Both the position numbers and the translations under genes were made by a program. 64,000 nucleotides of DNA from Tubiluchus corallicola. Taxonomy: Eukaryota; Animalia; Priapulida. The stretch spans positions 1 to 64,000 of the forward strand of contig JAQGDQ010000809.1 of NCBI GenBank assembly GCA_030141605.1, read 5' to 3'. Under the pieces are notes generated by a model. That model saw nothing but the letters and a program-made list of their open reading frames with translations. It ran no database searches and was not told where the DNA came from. This document shows positions 37,241-49,318 of the stretch, piece by piece (position 1 is the stretch's first letter; each line of letters starts with the position of its first letter).

Positions 37241-39543
37241 GAAAATTCCACCTCATGAAGTCATGTGACAAGTTTAGCATTGCAAAAGGTCAAGAAATGT
37301 GTCATCTGTGAATACAACATTATCAAAATTTTTTGATGAGTTCTCATTCCGGCTAGTTAAATGTATAATAACTAAACTAATCCGCAATAACGTCTTGGCC
37401 ATTATAAAAAATAAGGATATCGGAAACAGTAAAATTAGCACTAGGCCTAAGTAAAATTAAAGTTGTATGTCAGTTGCGGCTGCAGTAAAGCCTACGTAAA
37501 GTTTACGTGATCCGAGTTTTGTTGACCAACAAGGTCAGATATTGTTGGAGAAGAGTTGGAAGATGTCAGATTCTTCGCTTACCCGGTCTGAGCTGTTAAA
37601 CTATTCTACTTTAACATTGTCAACTACAAATAGTTCAACATTTATAAATGCGATATTCAGTTGCTCACAAATGGACAACATAGAACTAATGTTTTACCTT
37701 AATTTAGACAACGGCATTCTCGTAAAAAGTTGGTAGATCAAAAATGTTTAACTGACAATTTTATTACTTGTGCAAACCCAACTGTGTTAATTTTTGAAGA
37801 AAATAAATCATGTTTTGGGCAAAATCTATAAAATCAATGTTTTTCTCAAACGTACTACACATGGATTAAGATGCGCAGAACACAGAAATAGTTAACCATT
37901 TGATATTTGAATATGTTATGAGGTGTTAGCATATCAGTTAAACAGATGTGCAAAATACAGAATAATAATTTAGATTACCTTAGATTGGGCTACGTTGATT
38001 TGATCAGAAAAGTTTATAAAAGTGCACATCAATATAAATGCAAACGCAAACATTATATTATTTTATTTTACATGAATTAAAATATACACCAAAAGAGTAA
38101 ACTGCAAAACAATAAAAGCGTGAATATTGGGAGAATCGTAAATAGATAAGCCAAGCCACAGAGGCCTGTCGTACGCGACCCTTTTACCGAAATTCAAAAA
38201 CTGAAAAAGCAATCAAGAAATATTGAATTATGATTTTACAAGTCATCAAAGACACCTGGATGATTCTAGCTTGTCTGATGCACGCAACTTTACGGGTGCA
38301 GTGAATATTGTCAGATGTTTCCCCTTTATTACCCTTTAATACATTTAGAGTTCTAAACGTTTTTATTAATCACTAATGTTGTTTCAGGTAAAATTATAAA
38401 CTTTATGTAGTTGCTCAATAGCTCAACATAAACAATTATTTCACACGTATTGTATTTTAAGTGCTTAACGTTTTTCTATATATTAGTACAGTAAGGTAGT
38501 ATATATCTTTGTCGATCTTTTGTTTATTTTTGTTTGTGAATGCCGATTATGTCCAAATTAATACCCATGTTTAGACACAACTTCACTCCGATAAGCTATT
38601 TCCTAATCACAGCAACATGCATGAGTACACAACTTACACATATTTACATACATCTATCAAACACAAGGTATCTAGCTGAACATAAACAATTAATTCACAC
38701 GTATTGTATTTGAGGACAATTTAGTTATTTATTTCGTTCATACTCATGGTACACTTCCTCATAAAATGGCGATTAGCATAAACCATATGCATATATACAC
38801 ATGAAGTTACGTGATATGAACAATCCTGCACATTTATGCTAAGGTGTTTTATTAATTAGATATTTTGCTAAAATATTTGATGTTTCTACATAAATTTCTA
38901 CAATATATGTTACGAATTATTAAAATAGATTTCACCTGAAGTGCAGTAACAATATTTAAAAACTTATTGCAAACCTTGTTGTTAATAACAGATTTTAAAC
39001 ACTTTGATGCTAAAACATGGCGATTTTAAAAAACCTATTTGCGAATATTAATCCAAAATACAGAGATTTGGTTAATTTTCTACAAATTCAAAATGCTTTA
39101 CTAATTTACGGCACTAGTTTGCACTGATCTTCTCGCAAAACTTATGTTCTCTGCATGCAGTACGCATTTAGAAATACATATACAAACATTTGGTATATCA
39201 TTTATTAGCCATTTGTTTATATGTCCCAATTAATACCAAATATTTAAACATGACTTAAATCCAACAAGCTGTTTACTATTCCAACTCGTTACTATTATAA
39301 TTATATTGAGAGAGAGAGGGTGAGCACACTGTGACTGTATGGCCTGAATAGACTTTTCTCTACCCTGTCTCTCAATAACTCATTTATTGTGCCTATAATT
39401 CTGTTGCAGTAGTTGAATAACATGAACGAATTTTAAATGCTAATTCTAATTTTAAAGCAGCTCTACAGTAAAGCTGTTGCTGCTCATTGCAAACTTAACT
39501 CGTTAATTTTGCAAAACTTCTATAACTTCGAACTACATAAGGA

Positions 39544-42500
39544 TTACCAGAATCGATTCCTATACAGAAAGTCGTTCAAGATATGCTTAACTTCATCGAA
39601 CAGAATATAAATAAGAGAAGTTGTTCGGTGCGCGTTGTCAAGTATGAAATGAAATAGAGTATTTAATTCATCTTCTGTAAGAGCGCAAATTCTTTTTTTC
39701 GTTGGCTCAGGTATGCAGGTTGAAGGAGACTCCTCGACACTTACAAGCATCATAGCCGGCAAGTCACCCCAGGAGAAAAGATTTCCCGTGTTTAAGCACG
39801 TCATTCTCATTTCATCTGCAAAATAAAAAAAAATGTTTGGATTACACCTTCTATAGGTGGACAGTGATACCAAATTAATATTCTTATGCAGGTTGGCGAT
39901 ATGTAATTATAAGTTACATACAATTCCAGTAAATATTGTGCTGTCGGGCATTAGATCATTAGAACAGTTGTGCCTAGTGACATACACGGGATTACCAGAG
40001 TTACTGGGACTTCATATCACAGATAAATTAAAATGGTCGGAGTCCAACGGCTTCATTTCTGTTTCGTCTCAAAAAATTGGGTATAAACTGGAGGCACTCA
40101 ACATGCTATTTATTTGACTAAGAGTTTCAGCTATTTTTTTGCGCCAGTGATCTGCGTCACAGCCGAAGACCACAGGTTATTGAAAACATATGGTACCGTG
40201 CGGACGAACTGGCTTTGAAATTAATCCGTTGAGGAAAGTATTAACAGACCTTGCCTCAAGTCAGGCCTCAATCACGACCAGTCCTTCGTTCCCTTAAAAC
40301 TTTTCTAATTTTATCTGTGATCCAGCCGTTGCTTGTAAATGGGATCGTTCAAATCCTTCCTGAAATTTCATTCTCTTTCTGTCTGGCTTCACTGAACATT
40401 TACTTGTTTTTATTTTTACTGTATTAATGGTTGGGTATGCGTTTGAGTTGCCAAATATATGGCTTCATAGTTTGGTTAGAGCTTTTAGTTATTTTGTAAC
40501 TATTTGTTCCTTGTTACTAAGAAGATTGAATTATACTTGCGTTTTTCTCAGTTATAACTTCATTTTAATTTGTAGTTTGATAGTGGTTTTCTTTATTTAC
40601 CCAAAGCCTCACTCTGTAACCAGCCAGATTAAAGGACGTTATTTTCAACCATAGCTGCGGTTTTAGTCCAGTCGTTTTTATATCATTATCATTACCAATA
40701 TCATTACAAATATCATTATCATTATCTTCACCATCATGACCTCCAGTGGTTAGACTACTGGAAGTAATTCTTAATGACAAGAAATGGAATTGGAATCATT
40801 TACGTCAACGTCGTAGTACTTCTATTAGGCCTAATTGCTAAGTGGGGTGTTGTAATTGACAAATATACATATATTGGTCTTACAATGCGACACGTCGCAT
40901 GTAATAAGAGACTAAAAGGACTAGGGAAATGAGATTAGCACATTATAGGATCCAAAGTCATATACCTATAGAGTTGATATCTAATTTACTGTCAGATACT
41001 GTAATTCCCGTGACCATTCCTCTAAAGCTCAAACTAGCTGTACCAATTGCTCCTGCATCACTCTGATCTTGTCCGAATATTAAAACTCCATTAGGTTGTA
41101 TAGGCCCTGGATCTGATGTTAATAATCCACCTAAACAAAAGAAAAAAGATTCATAATGAGCGCATCTGAGTACAAGTTAACTGGCTACGTTCAAATTCTG
41201 ATGTGCAAGGTGGTTTTCTTATTAACCTTTCTTGCCAGTGGCACAGCTATTTTGCAAGTAGATCACTTCGCGAATCATAAGGAAGCAGTCAAGTTCAAGT
41301 TATACACCTATGATTATTACATGCAATTAATATTTGTTATGCAATCGCGGTATTATTTATATGCAGTCTCAATTTATTCGTTTCAACAGTTTGAAGTGCA
41401 GTTTATATTTGTCCAGTTTTTACAAAAAGTTACTTTCTAGCTTATGTATTTATGCATTAGAATAACATCAGCAAAAAAGTCATCCTAACCATTATAACTG
41501 GGTCAGGAGTCTGACATATAGACCATATTATAAAAAAAATTAATAGTGCTTGTAAACTAGTGTTATTTAAATCATATAAAAGTTAAGTAAACATGGTGCT
41601 AGCGTGTCTAAAGGATGTGTAAATGTTTATTGACATATTGTATCCGTTTCTTCTCATGAAAACAAACTATGAGAAAATGATAAAACAAAATAAAGAATTA
41701 CAGTATGACTAATACGACAAAGGAGAAAATGGGGTTAAACTAGCCTTACAAGTAATGTATACAAGAACAATGGTAAAAAGGTGGTTAAAAACTGTTAGAA
41801 CTCGCGCTAACCGTTACATTCCTAACATTCCACTGACTTGACTCGTACCGCTAGGTGGTATGTTTACATGGTGTCAAGTTTCACAGCGCCAGCTGTGTTT
41901 ACATAACATTAAGTTTCACAGCACCAGCTGTGTTTACATAACATTAAGTTTTACAGCACCAGCTATGTTTACATAACATTACGTTTTACAGCACCAGCTA
42001 TGTTTACACAATATTAAGTTTCACAGCACCAGCTATGCTTACATGGTGTCAAGTTTCACAGCACCAGCTTTGTTTACATAACATTAAGTTTCACAGCGCC
42101 AGCTATGTTTACATAACATTAAGTTTCACAGCGCCAGCTGTGTTTACATAACATTAAGTTTCACAGCACCAGCTGTGTTTACATAACATTAAGTTTCACA
42201 GCACCAGCTATGTTTACACAATATTAAGTTTCACAGCGCCAGCTATGTTTACACAATTTTAAGTTTCACAGCGCCAGCTGTGTTTACATAACATTAAGTT
42301 TCACAGCACCAGCTGTGTTTACACAATATTAAGTTTCATAGCGCCAGCTATGTTTACATAACATTAAGTTTCACAGCACCAGCTGTGTTTACATGGTGTC
42401 AAGTTTCACAACACCATCTGTGTTTATATAATATTAAGTTATACAACACAGCTGTGTTTACATTTCTCATGTGAGCATGACTGACAGCTGATAGGCTCTG

Positions 42501-43830
42501 CTTACTGGACCAATCAGGCTGAATCAACATTCAACTGTACTGGCCAATCAGTAGCATGACTAGCAAGTCATGTGAGGAATGTGCTAAAATAGACTTGTCG
42601 TCATGTGCTATAAATAGATGTTCCAAAAGTAGAATTGATGTCATGAGCTAAAAATAGCAAGCTCGCTGAAACGCATGTAAAGAGCTGCTGAAGTGACAGC
42701 AGAGACTGGTGTACTAGACTTACTATGTGTGATTTAACTTGAGGTCTAGTGGGTTTGCTCTGCTCGCTCTCGGCGTCCGTTAAACTCAGCGTTGCTCTTA
42801 GATTATTTGCTGATGTTACTATAAATCCACTATACGATCACACCATTTCAGTTTATCTTTGAACTTTGTATTGTTGTTGTTGTTGATGTAATTCATCAAT
42901 CCGATATCGCGTGTATAAATTCAAAGAAGCCATCGTTATAACTTTACTGCAACTGAAACAGGTTTCTTAGGTTCAACTGGCCTGGTTATCACCTCTTTAT
43001 AGCGAGATGACCATTTCGTTATAACGACTTATTAAGGTATTATAACGAGGAATCTACGTCGTTATAACGAGATATATTTACGATATCAAGATAGCTATGG
43101 CTAACGATTGTAATAAGCTATTGTTATTTTAAATATGTAGTGATCTACGATGCTTAAGTTCTAGAATGCTGCTTGTAATATGTTAAACTTTAATGTTTAG
43201 ATGCTTGAAAATGAGTCTGTAGACGAAGCATTTATATTCATGTTAATGCAAATATTTACTGTAAAAATTTTCTGAAAGACAGTGTAAATAAATGAAATAA
43301 AATAAAACTAAGAAGTATCATGAAAAATTATGTTACCTGTGGACATTCCATCCACCGAAAGCCAGTATTCGGCCGTTCCTGAACTAGTTTTAAAAGAACC
43401 ACATACAAAATGCCATTAAGCATTCCTGAGGCACGAAGTTGCGACAAGAGTGTTGTCCGTCCTAAAAGTAAAAGATTCAAAGATATTATTGTTGTCCTTA
43501 ATGCTACTGTTACCTTTATCATTTCAGCAGAGAAACAAAGAAGTTCGATTCCAGTTATTGGTCGAGGGCTCGCTGGACTCGAGGTCGTAGATGGCAAAGT
43601 CGCCATCTTTTCTTTAGAACGGGAACAAGAAAATGAAGAACAAGCAGACGAATAACGGTTTGCGTCGAGTCCCTAGAGCTAAAAGCTTGCACGCATAATC
43701 CCGAATCAGTATTACCCAATAACTTAGACCTAACCCAACGGCATGGGCAACGACAATAACATTTCTCTTCAATAACGGTAGCCAGGTGCATTAGTGCCAC
43801 CCCTAAAATACTTAACAGCGCGTAAAACAT
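39544..43830 (-). pseudogene. Secreted pentraxin-domain protein, disabled (3 coding exons)
   Basis: Exon 43830-43337 has signal-like MFYALLSILGVALMHLA, a Cys-rich segment, then WHFVCGSFKTSSG..WLSVDG. Exon 41130-40966 has IQPNGVLIFGQDQ...SFRGMVTGITVSDSKL. Exon 39815-39544 has EMRMTCLNTGNLFSWGDL. Introns are GT-AG phase 1. Exon 1 carries a frameshift and in-frame stops TGA (43524-43526) and TAA (43416-43418). Confidence 0.75.
41858..42463. repeat. 35-bp minisatellite (~17 copies)
   Basis: Unit AGCTGTGTTTACATAACATTAAGTTTCACAGCACC; AGCTG recurs at 41891 and 41926. Confidence 0.95.
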
Positions 43831-44229
43831 ACGGCAATTGTAGGACGTAGTGCATCTATCTAGATTGCTTTTAGGCTCGAAGAAACGGCATTTCACATTA
43901 TAGACGCTGGCATAAAAGAATATCTTTTATCGCATTACAAACTGCTAATAAAACCGCAAAAGACTGTTGCAATGACAATATAGCTAATGAAAAACCGGAT
44001 GAAACGGTTTAGCATCGTGACATACTTCAGTTGTTACAGAAAATTAGGCTAATTATTTTTACAATTTGCCGTTCAAATTGAGATAAAAGCCTTGTTCTGT
44101 TCACTTATCAAATTAATTAAGTTTACGTGTGGCAATTTGTGTCTCCAGCTGTGGTGAAACAAGTTCTACTCAAACTACTGGTCAAGGGACTCGCTGAAAT
44201 CAAGATCGTTAATTAGAGATGACGTTAGT

Positions 44230-45100
44230 ACCTCCATCTTGAATTTAAGATGGCAAATCGTAAATTCGACTCCGTTAGTCGTTGTGGAATTCGTTCTAGT
44301 GTATATAATGTTTCATGATGATCCACTGCGAATTAACAGAGCCTTTTGTCAAACATAATGCTTCTTTGGTTTCATTATTTTTGCTGATCACAGATAGTCA
44401 TTAGGCTACACTGTATCTCATTTAAAATTATTTTCATGCTATTTATATATTGTATAATGTATTAGATATTATATACACTTAATGTATAAGGTGCAATTTT
44501 GTAAACTGGGATAAGTATGGCTCTTGGATAAGTAAAAAATAAACAAATGAAAAAATGGAAGATCGAAAATCCATCTCAATCAATCGATGCTAAAGTAGCT
44601 CTATCATTCTAAAATTCAAGATGGCAGATCAAAAATCTGAGTCTGTCAATCGAATTTATTCTAATATCTTCCTGTAACGCTTCATGCCGATCTGATGCTA
44701 ACTTTTTGGACTTTTTTCGAAAATAATATTTATGCTGCAATCTTTAATTCAACATGGCGGAAAGGAAATCTGACTTTCTAAACGATGCGGAATTCGCTCG
44801 TTCCTCCAAAGCTACGTCCGTTGCAAATTTGCAGAGCCGTAGGCTTTTTTCGACAATGATCTTATTGCCGCCATCTTGAATTGAACATGGCGGGTGGAAA
44901 ACATAGCATGACTCTGTCAATCGATGCACAATTCGTATTAGTACATTTGTGTCGAGTTTTATGACGATCCATTGGAAATTCACGGAGCTTTAGGCTTTAA
45001 CAGACCCTTAGCCTTTTTTCAAAAAGTTCTTCCCTCAATAACAACAACAAGAACAATATCCAGATGAGTAGCGATTTTGATCGAATCCTTGACCAATAAC
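44230..45100. repeat. Interspersed repeat rich in AAGATGGC/GCCATCTT palindromic motifs (non-autonomous DNA/Helentron-like element)
   Basis: CCATCTTGAATTTAAGATGGC (~44234), AATTCAAGATGGC (~44613), AATTCAACATGGCGG (~44746), CCGCCATCTTGAATTGAACATGGCGG (~44868); short AAC tract at ~45040. Confidence 0.45.
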
Positions 45101-45499
45101 GTAGAATTGTTCAGGTTCAAGTGCAAGTTTTCTACATATTAGATATTTGTAAGAGAAAATTTCTACAAGAGTTTTTAGCAGGTGCTTTAAACTTACTGAT
45201 TGTCCTTTTAACTGAGATGGACGAGATTAGATTACTAAAAAACTCGTTCTTACTTACGATTTTCCCGGACCGACATATAATCGAAGAGAATCCTCATTTA
45301 CCCAAAGTACATACTGATTGCCGCCATTCGCTGTACTGGTCGAATAAGATATCATCACAAACTGATCATCATCAATATCACTTAACTTTATCCACTGAAA
45401 TTTCAAATTCAATTCAAATTTATTAATTTGATTTCCTCAACATTAGTTTCAAATACAAAAACAGATGACGTTTCAAAGATTTTTTTTTAAATATTTGTA

Positions 45500-46080
45500 G
45501 ATTTGCTACTTTTTATGTTTGGAGGAATATTGTTCCATTATAAGGCTTGGAATTTAAGAAAAAGTCTACCAAGACTTGTTCTACAGTAGGGTATAAGATA
45601 TTCATTAAAACGTGTGCTATATTGTGTTTGGTTACGTAATACTAGATTAATGAAGGTAGTTGGAAATAAACTGAAATGTGTTTTGTACAGATACGTAGAG
45701 AAGTTCAGTAAATTTACATCTTCTACAATTAAAATATTGCTGTTTCGTAAAAAATGATTTTAGTACTGTTGTATATTTTAAGAGGCCATTCATGATGTAT
45801 GAAATTTTCCTTGATGTCTATTTAAGATAACCAGGTTTCGTAGGATAAGTTCTGCCTCATAACACCAGCGGTGAGTCAAGTAAGACAAAATTAATGTATT
45901 ATATAAAGATAATAAATGAAATTTACATAGTTTGTTTTTGATAAATAAAATTATTTCAATGTTTTTTTGCAATTTTTTGACTTATCATGTTTATATGAGA
46001 CTTCCAGTCTAAATTTTCGTGAAGGACTATTCCCAAAAATTTGATAGTATTTACACGCCCAATCAACGATCCTTCAATGT
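45500..46080 (-). mobile_element. LINE (L2/Crack-like) RT C-terminal remnant
   Basis: Minus strand reads ..KFLGIVLHENLDWKSHINMI.. and ..LLSLYNTLILSYL..; many stops. Confidence 0.7.
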
Positions 46081-49000
46081 TTATATCATTTGGAAGTTTT
46101 TCGTTTTTGTTTAAACTACAACGTATTCATGGTTTGAGGCTCTGAACAGTTAACGTTCGAACCTGAACGACCGTCTCATGAAAACTAGTGAATTGATTTT
46201 CTTAAAAGTACGATTTAATAAAACTAGTAAATTACCAGGACATATTAAATTATAATTTGTCATCTTTCACAGTTGAATAACATAAACTTTGGCAGTAAAC
46301 ATGTGGCTTAACAAATTTCTCAAACGTAAACGACCATATCACCACCACAAGCTATCGCAACACAAATAATTCGACTCGAATTAAGTCATCTTGTATGTGA
46401 TTTTAAGAAGGTATACAAAACTTGTCATAAAATAGTGGGTTACGTTTGATGTTTTTTTTCAGTATGCGTCAACCAATCATTTGTGTTGTCATAACTTTAA
46501 ACTGCATCCGTCTTTTTCGAGATTTAACGTTTCAAAATTTTCATTTGCTAACAGAGAGGTGAACACTTGTAATGTACTGGATTCTCGTGTAGATCTCCCT
46601 ACCAGAATGTCAGTTTTCACTAAAAAATTAGCTAATGTTAATTTACTGCCCTATTTGCAACTTCATCCGAAACATGTAATTGTCATTGGCTTAATTGGTT
46701 CTCTTCAAACTGTATGATTGTATAAAGCGTGTTGTATATAGTATATAATTCATGTTTAGGTATATTTCATTAAGAGCTTTTTAATGAGAGATATTCGATT
46801 TTTGGGTATTGTTTTTACAGATTTTATTTTTGTGTATCTTTTTGTGTCATAGGGTCAGCGAAAGTGCGCATGCGCCTGCTGATTCTTTCTTTTACACAAT
46901 TTTAATATATGTATGAATGTCAATAATAAATATTAAATAATTAAATAAAATCCTTGCTGTTTTTAAAGCGTTGAATTAACAGTCTGACTGCACACATGCA
47001 GGCAAATACTAAAAAATTTAAATAAATTCTCTTACCATGCATGTTGTTAATTCATTCAAGGCAGTTGTGATGACATTGTCTAACTTTATGTAGTCATTCG
47101 GTTTGGTGATACTAGGGAAAATTACCATTGTTCCTTTTGGGTAATCGGTCGGAAGTTCGGCGTCGAAGCAAGTTGGAATTATATCTGAAATTAAATAGTA
47201 GTAATAATAAACAAATGCGCGCGAGTTTGAGTTATACAAGAATAAAAAGTTTTCCCGCAGGCGTATTCCACGTTTCAATTATTAGTTACGTAGAGGGTTT
47301 TTCATCGACTAGATTTAATTAAACCTTTGCGATTGTTTGTTTATTTACTTATTTTTTATTTATTTGTTTGTCTGCTTGTTTCTTTGCTTGTTTGCGTCGC
47401 ATCTCCTCCTAGCACTTTCAGCATAGTTTGAAATTTTCAATTTTTTTAGTATTTGATATTGTGGAGCAGGCATTTGTGTGCCTGTAGTTTTACAAAGCTT
47501 CCTTACAGGAAAAACCAACTCTCGAACAACATTTGTTGTCTTTTAATATGAACTTAACATACAATATACACGCATAAAATGTCTTGTTTAAAGATGCAAA
47601 AGAAACTTAAATCATTCGTATCTTCCGGTAAACGAACCTCGCTGTGGACATATTTAAAAAATGACGTAAGCTGGTGGACAGCACGAAGGCATGCGTAACA
47701 AAACTTCTGCAGTTCACTCAGAAATTTCACTATTATGGCTGACTAAGCATTTTTGTTTAACAATGTTTATGTAACAATGTTTATGTAAAGTCGCGGGAAT
47801 AATTAACAGTAACTTAAAGTGCTTACATAGCTTTAATCTACAGGCTTATACCTCACAATGGGAAAGTTGTATAAATATTCTAATTACAGATAAGCATGGA
47901 TGCCATGGAATTCTGCGGGGGCTGCAAGCACATAGTAGGTGCCAGGCGAGTTTCTTAGATTATGGAGTTCAGGTTTAGCTTGTTAAGATAATTATTATGT
48001 TACTTTGTCGGGGTTAACTAGCCGAGTGGGAAGTGTAACTGATTTTCATTGCACCGCCTGTAACGGGATTCTTTAAAAACCAAACAGAATATGACTAGTA
48101 ATCTCTCGTTTAACGTTTTGGGTAAATTTGTAATTGATAATAGTAACTGCAGCTGCAACTGCACCTGGCGGGGTAAGTGTTCATGTTGCACGGTAACCGG
48201 ATGACATCATTCTTCGCTCAAGTGAGCGCGCCAAAGCTTGAAGTGATCGCGACTTTAATTTGATTTTATTAATTACAGGAGGCGCTTATCACAGTTTTAT
48301 TTCTGAAATTCTATTATATTTTTCTCAAATACTAAAATAAACCCAACTTCCCGAGATCCATGGCTTTTGTTTCAACTAAAAAAACATTGTATATTCAAGA
48401 GTCAAATTAGGCGGTCAAATAAAATAAATGATTATAATTTGATCTTATATATATATATTTCGATACATTCATTCGCAGTACTAAACTGAGTAAAGGTGAG
48501 CTCAAAAATAAGAAAATAAATAAAATAAAAAATCAATAATATCGGTGCGGCAATGTTAGCTCTTCAGTGATGAACCAGAACAGCGCACATGTAGCTTCTT
48601 TACTGATGACCTGTCTAGACTATCATTAATCAGACTCAAAGTTGTCATTCGTGCATTTTTTTGGTGAGTTTAGTGTGTTGAGACTATCACGCCTTCTAAA
48701 TGGAAAACAGTAAGCAATCAAAGTTGTGCAAATATTCGGGAAAAATTTCATCAGGACAAAATCGCCGGGAAGGCGTGCTAATCGCATAAGATTATTTCTT
48801 CAATATCGCGCAAATTTGTTTTGTCTGCATTTTCAACTTTTGCGTGTCACTCACTCGTGTGCACAACGATTTATCATGGATGCATAATAGTCTAGAGAGG
48901 GCAAAAGAATTCTTTGCTCAAAATTGATTTACAAACGCTTATCTTTCTTAGAAATTTATGAACGTATAATTGTATGTTTACAAGAATGTGTCGTATTAAA

Positions 49001-49318
49001 CGTTTCTTATAGAAAATAACGATAATGACGAGAAATGAAGAATGAACCATCTGTTAAAAACATTGCTAACACATTTAATTTTATTTACTTCTATTCAACA
49101 TTTATTCTATTTGGTCTGTAACTGATCAGATCTTTGTGAACTGGGGGTTAAGCAATGCTGGTTTTATGCGCAGAGCTGTCACAAATATTATCTTATTATA
49201 TTATCGTATTATATCGCATCGGCGTAGAACGTGAGATAAAACGTACTAGCTGTCGAGCAACATTATTCAGTGTGACTTTGTTGTTAGCGCACATTATTTC
49301 ACATACTGAAGTAACACT

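Noticed and set aside
43328-43606. 92-aa ORF starting MATLPSTTSS with a good Kozak context
   Set aside because: The pentraxin motifs lie in a different frame; this ORF is an alternate-frame shadow.
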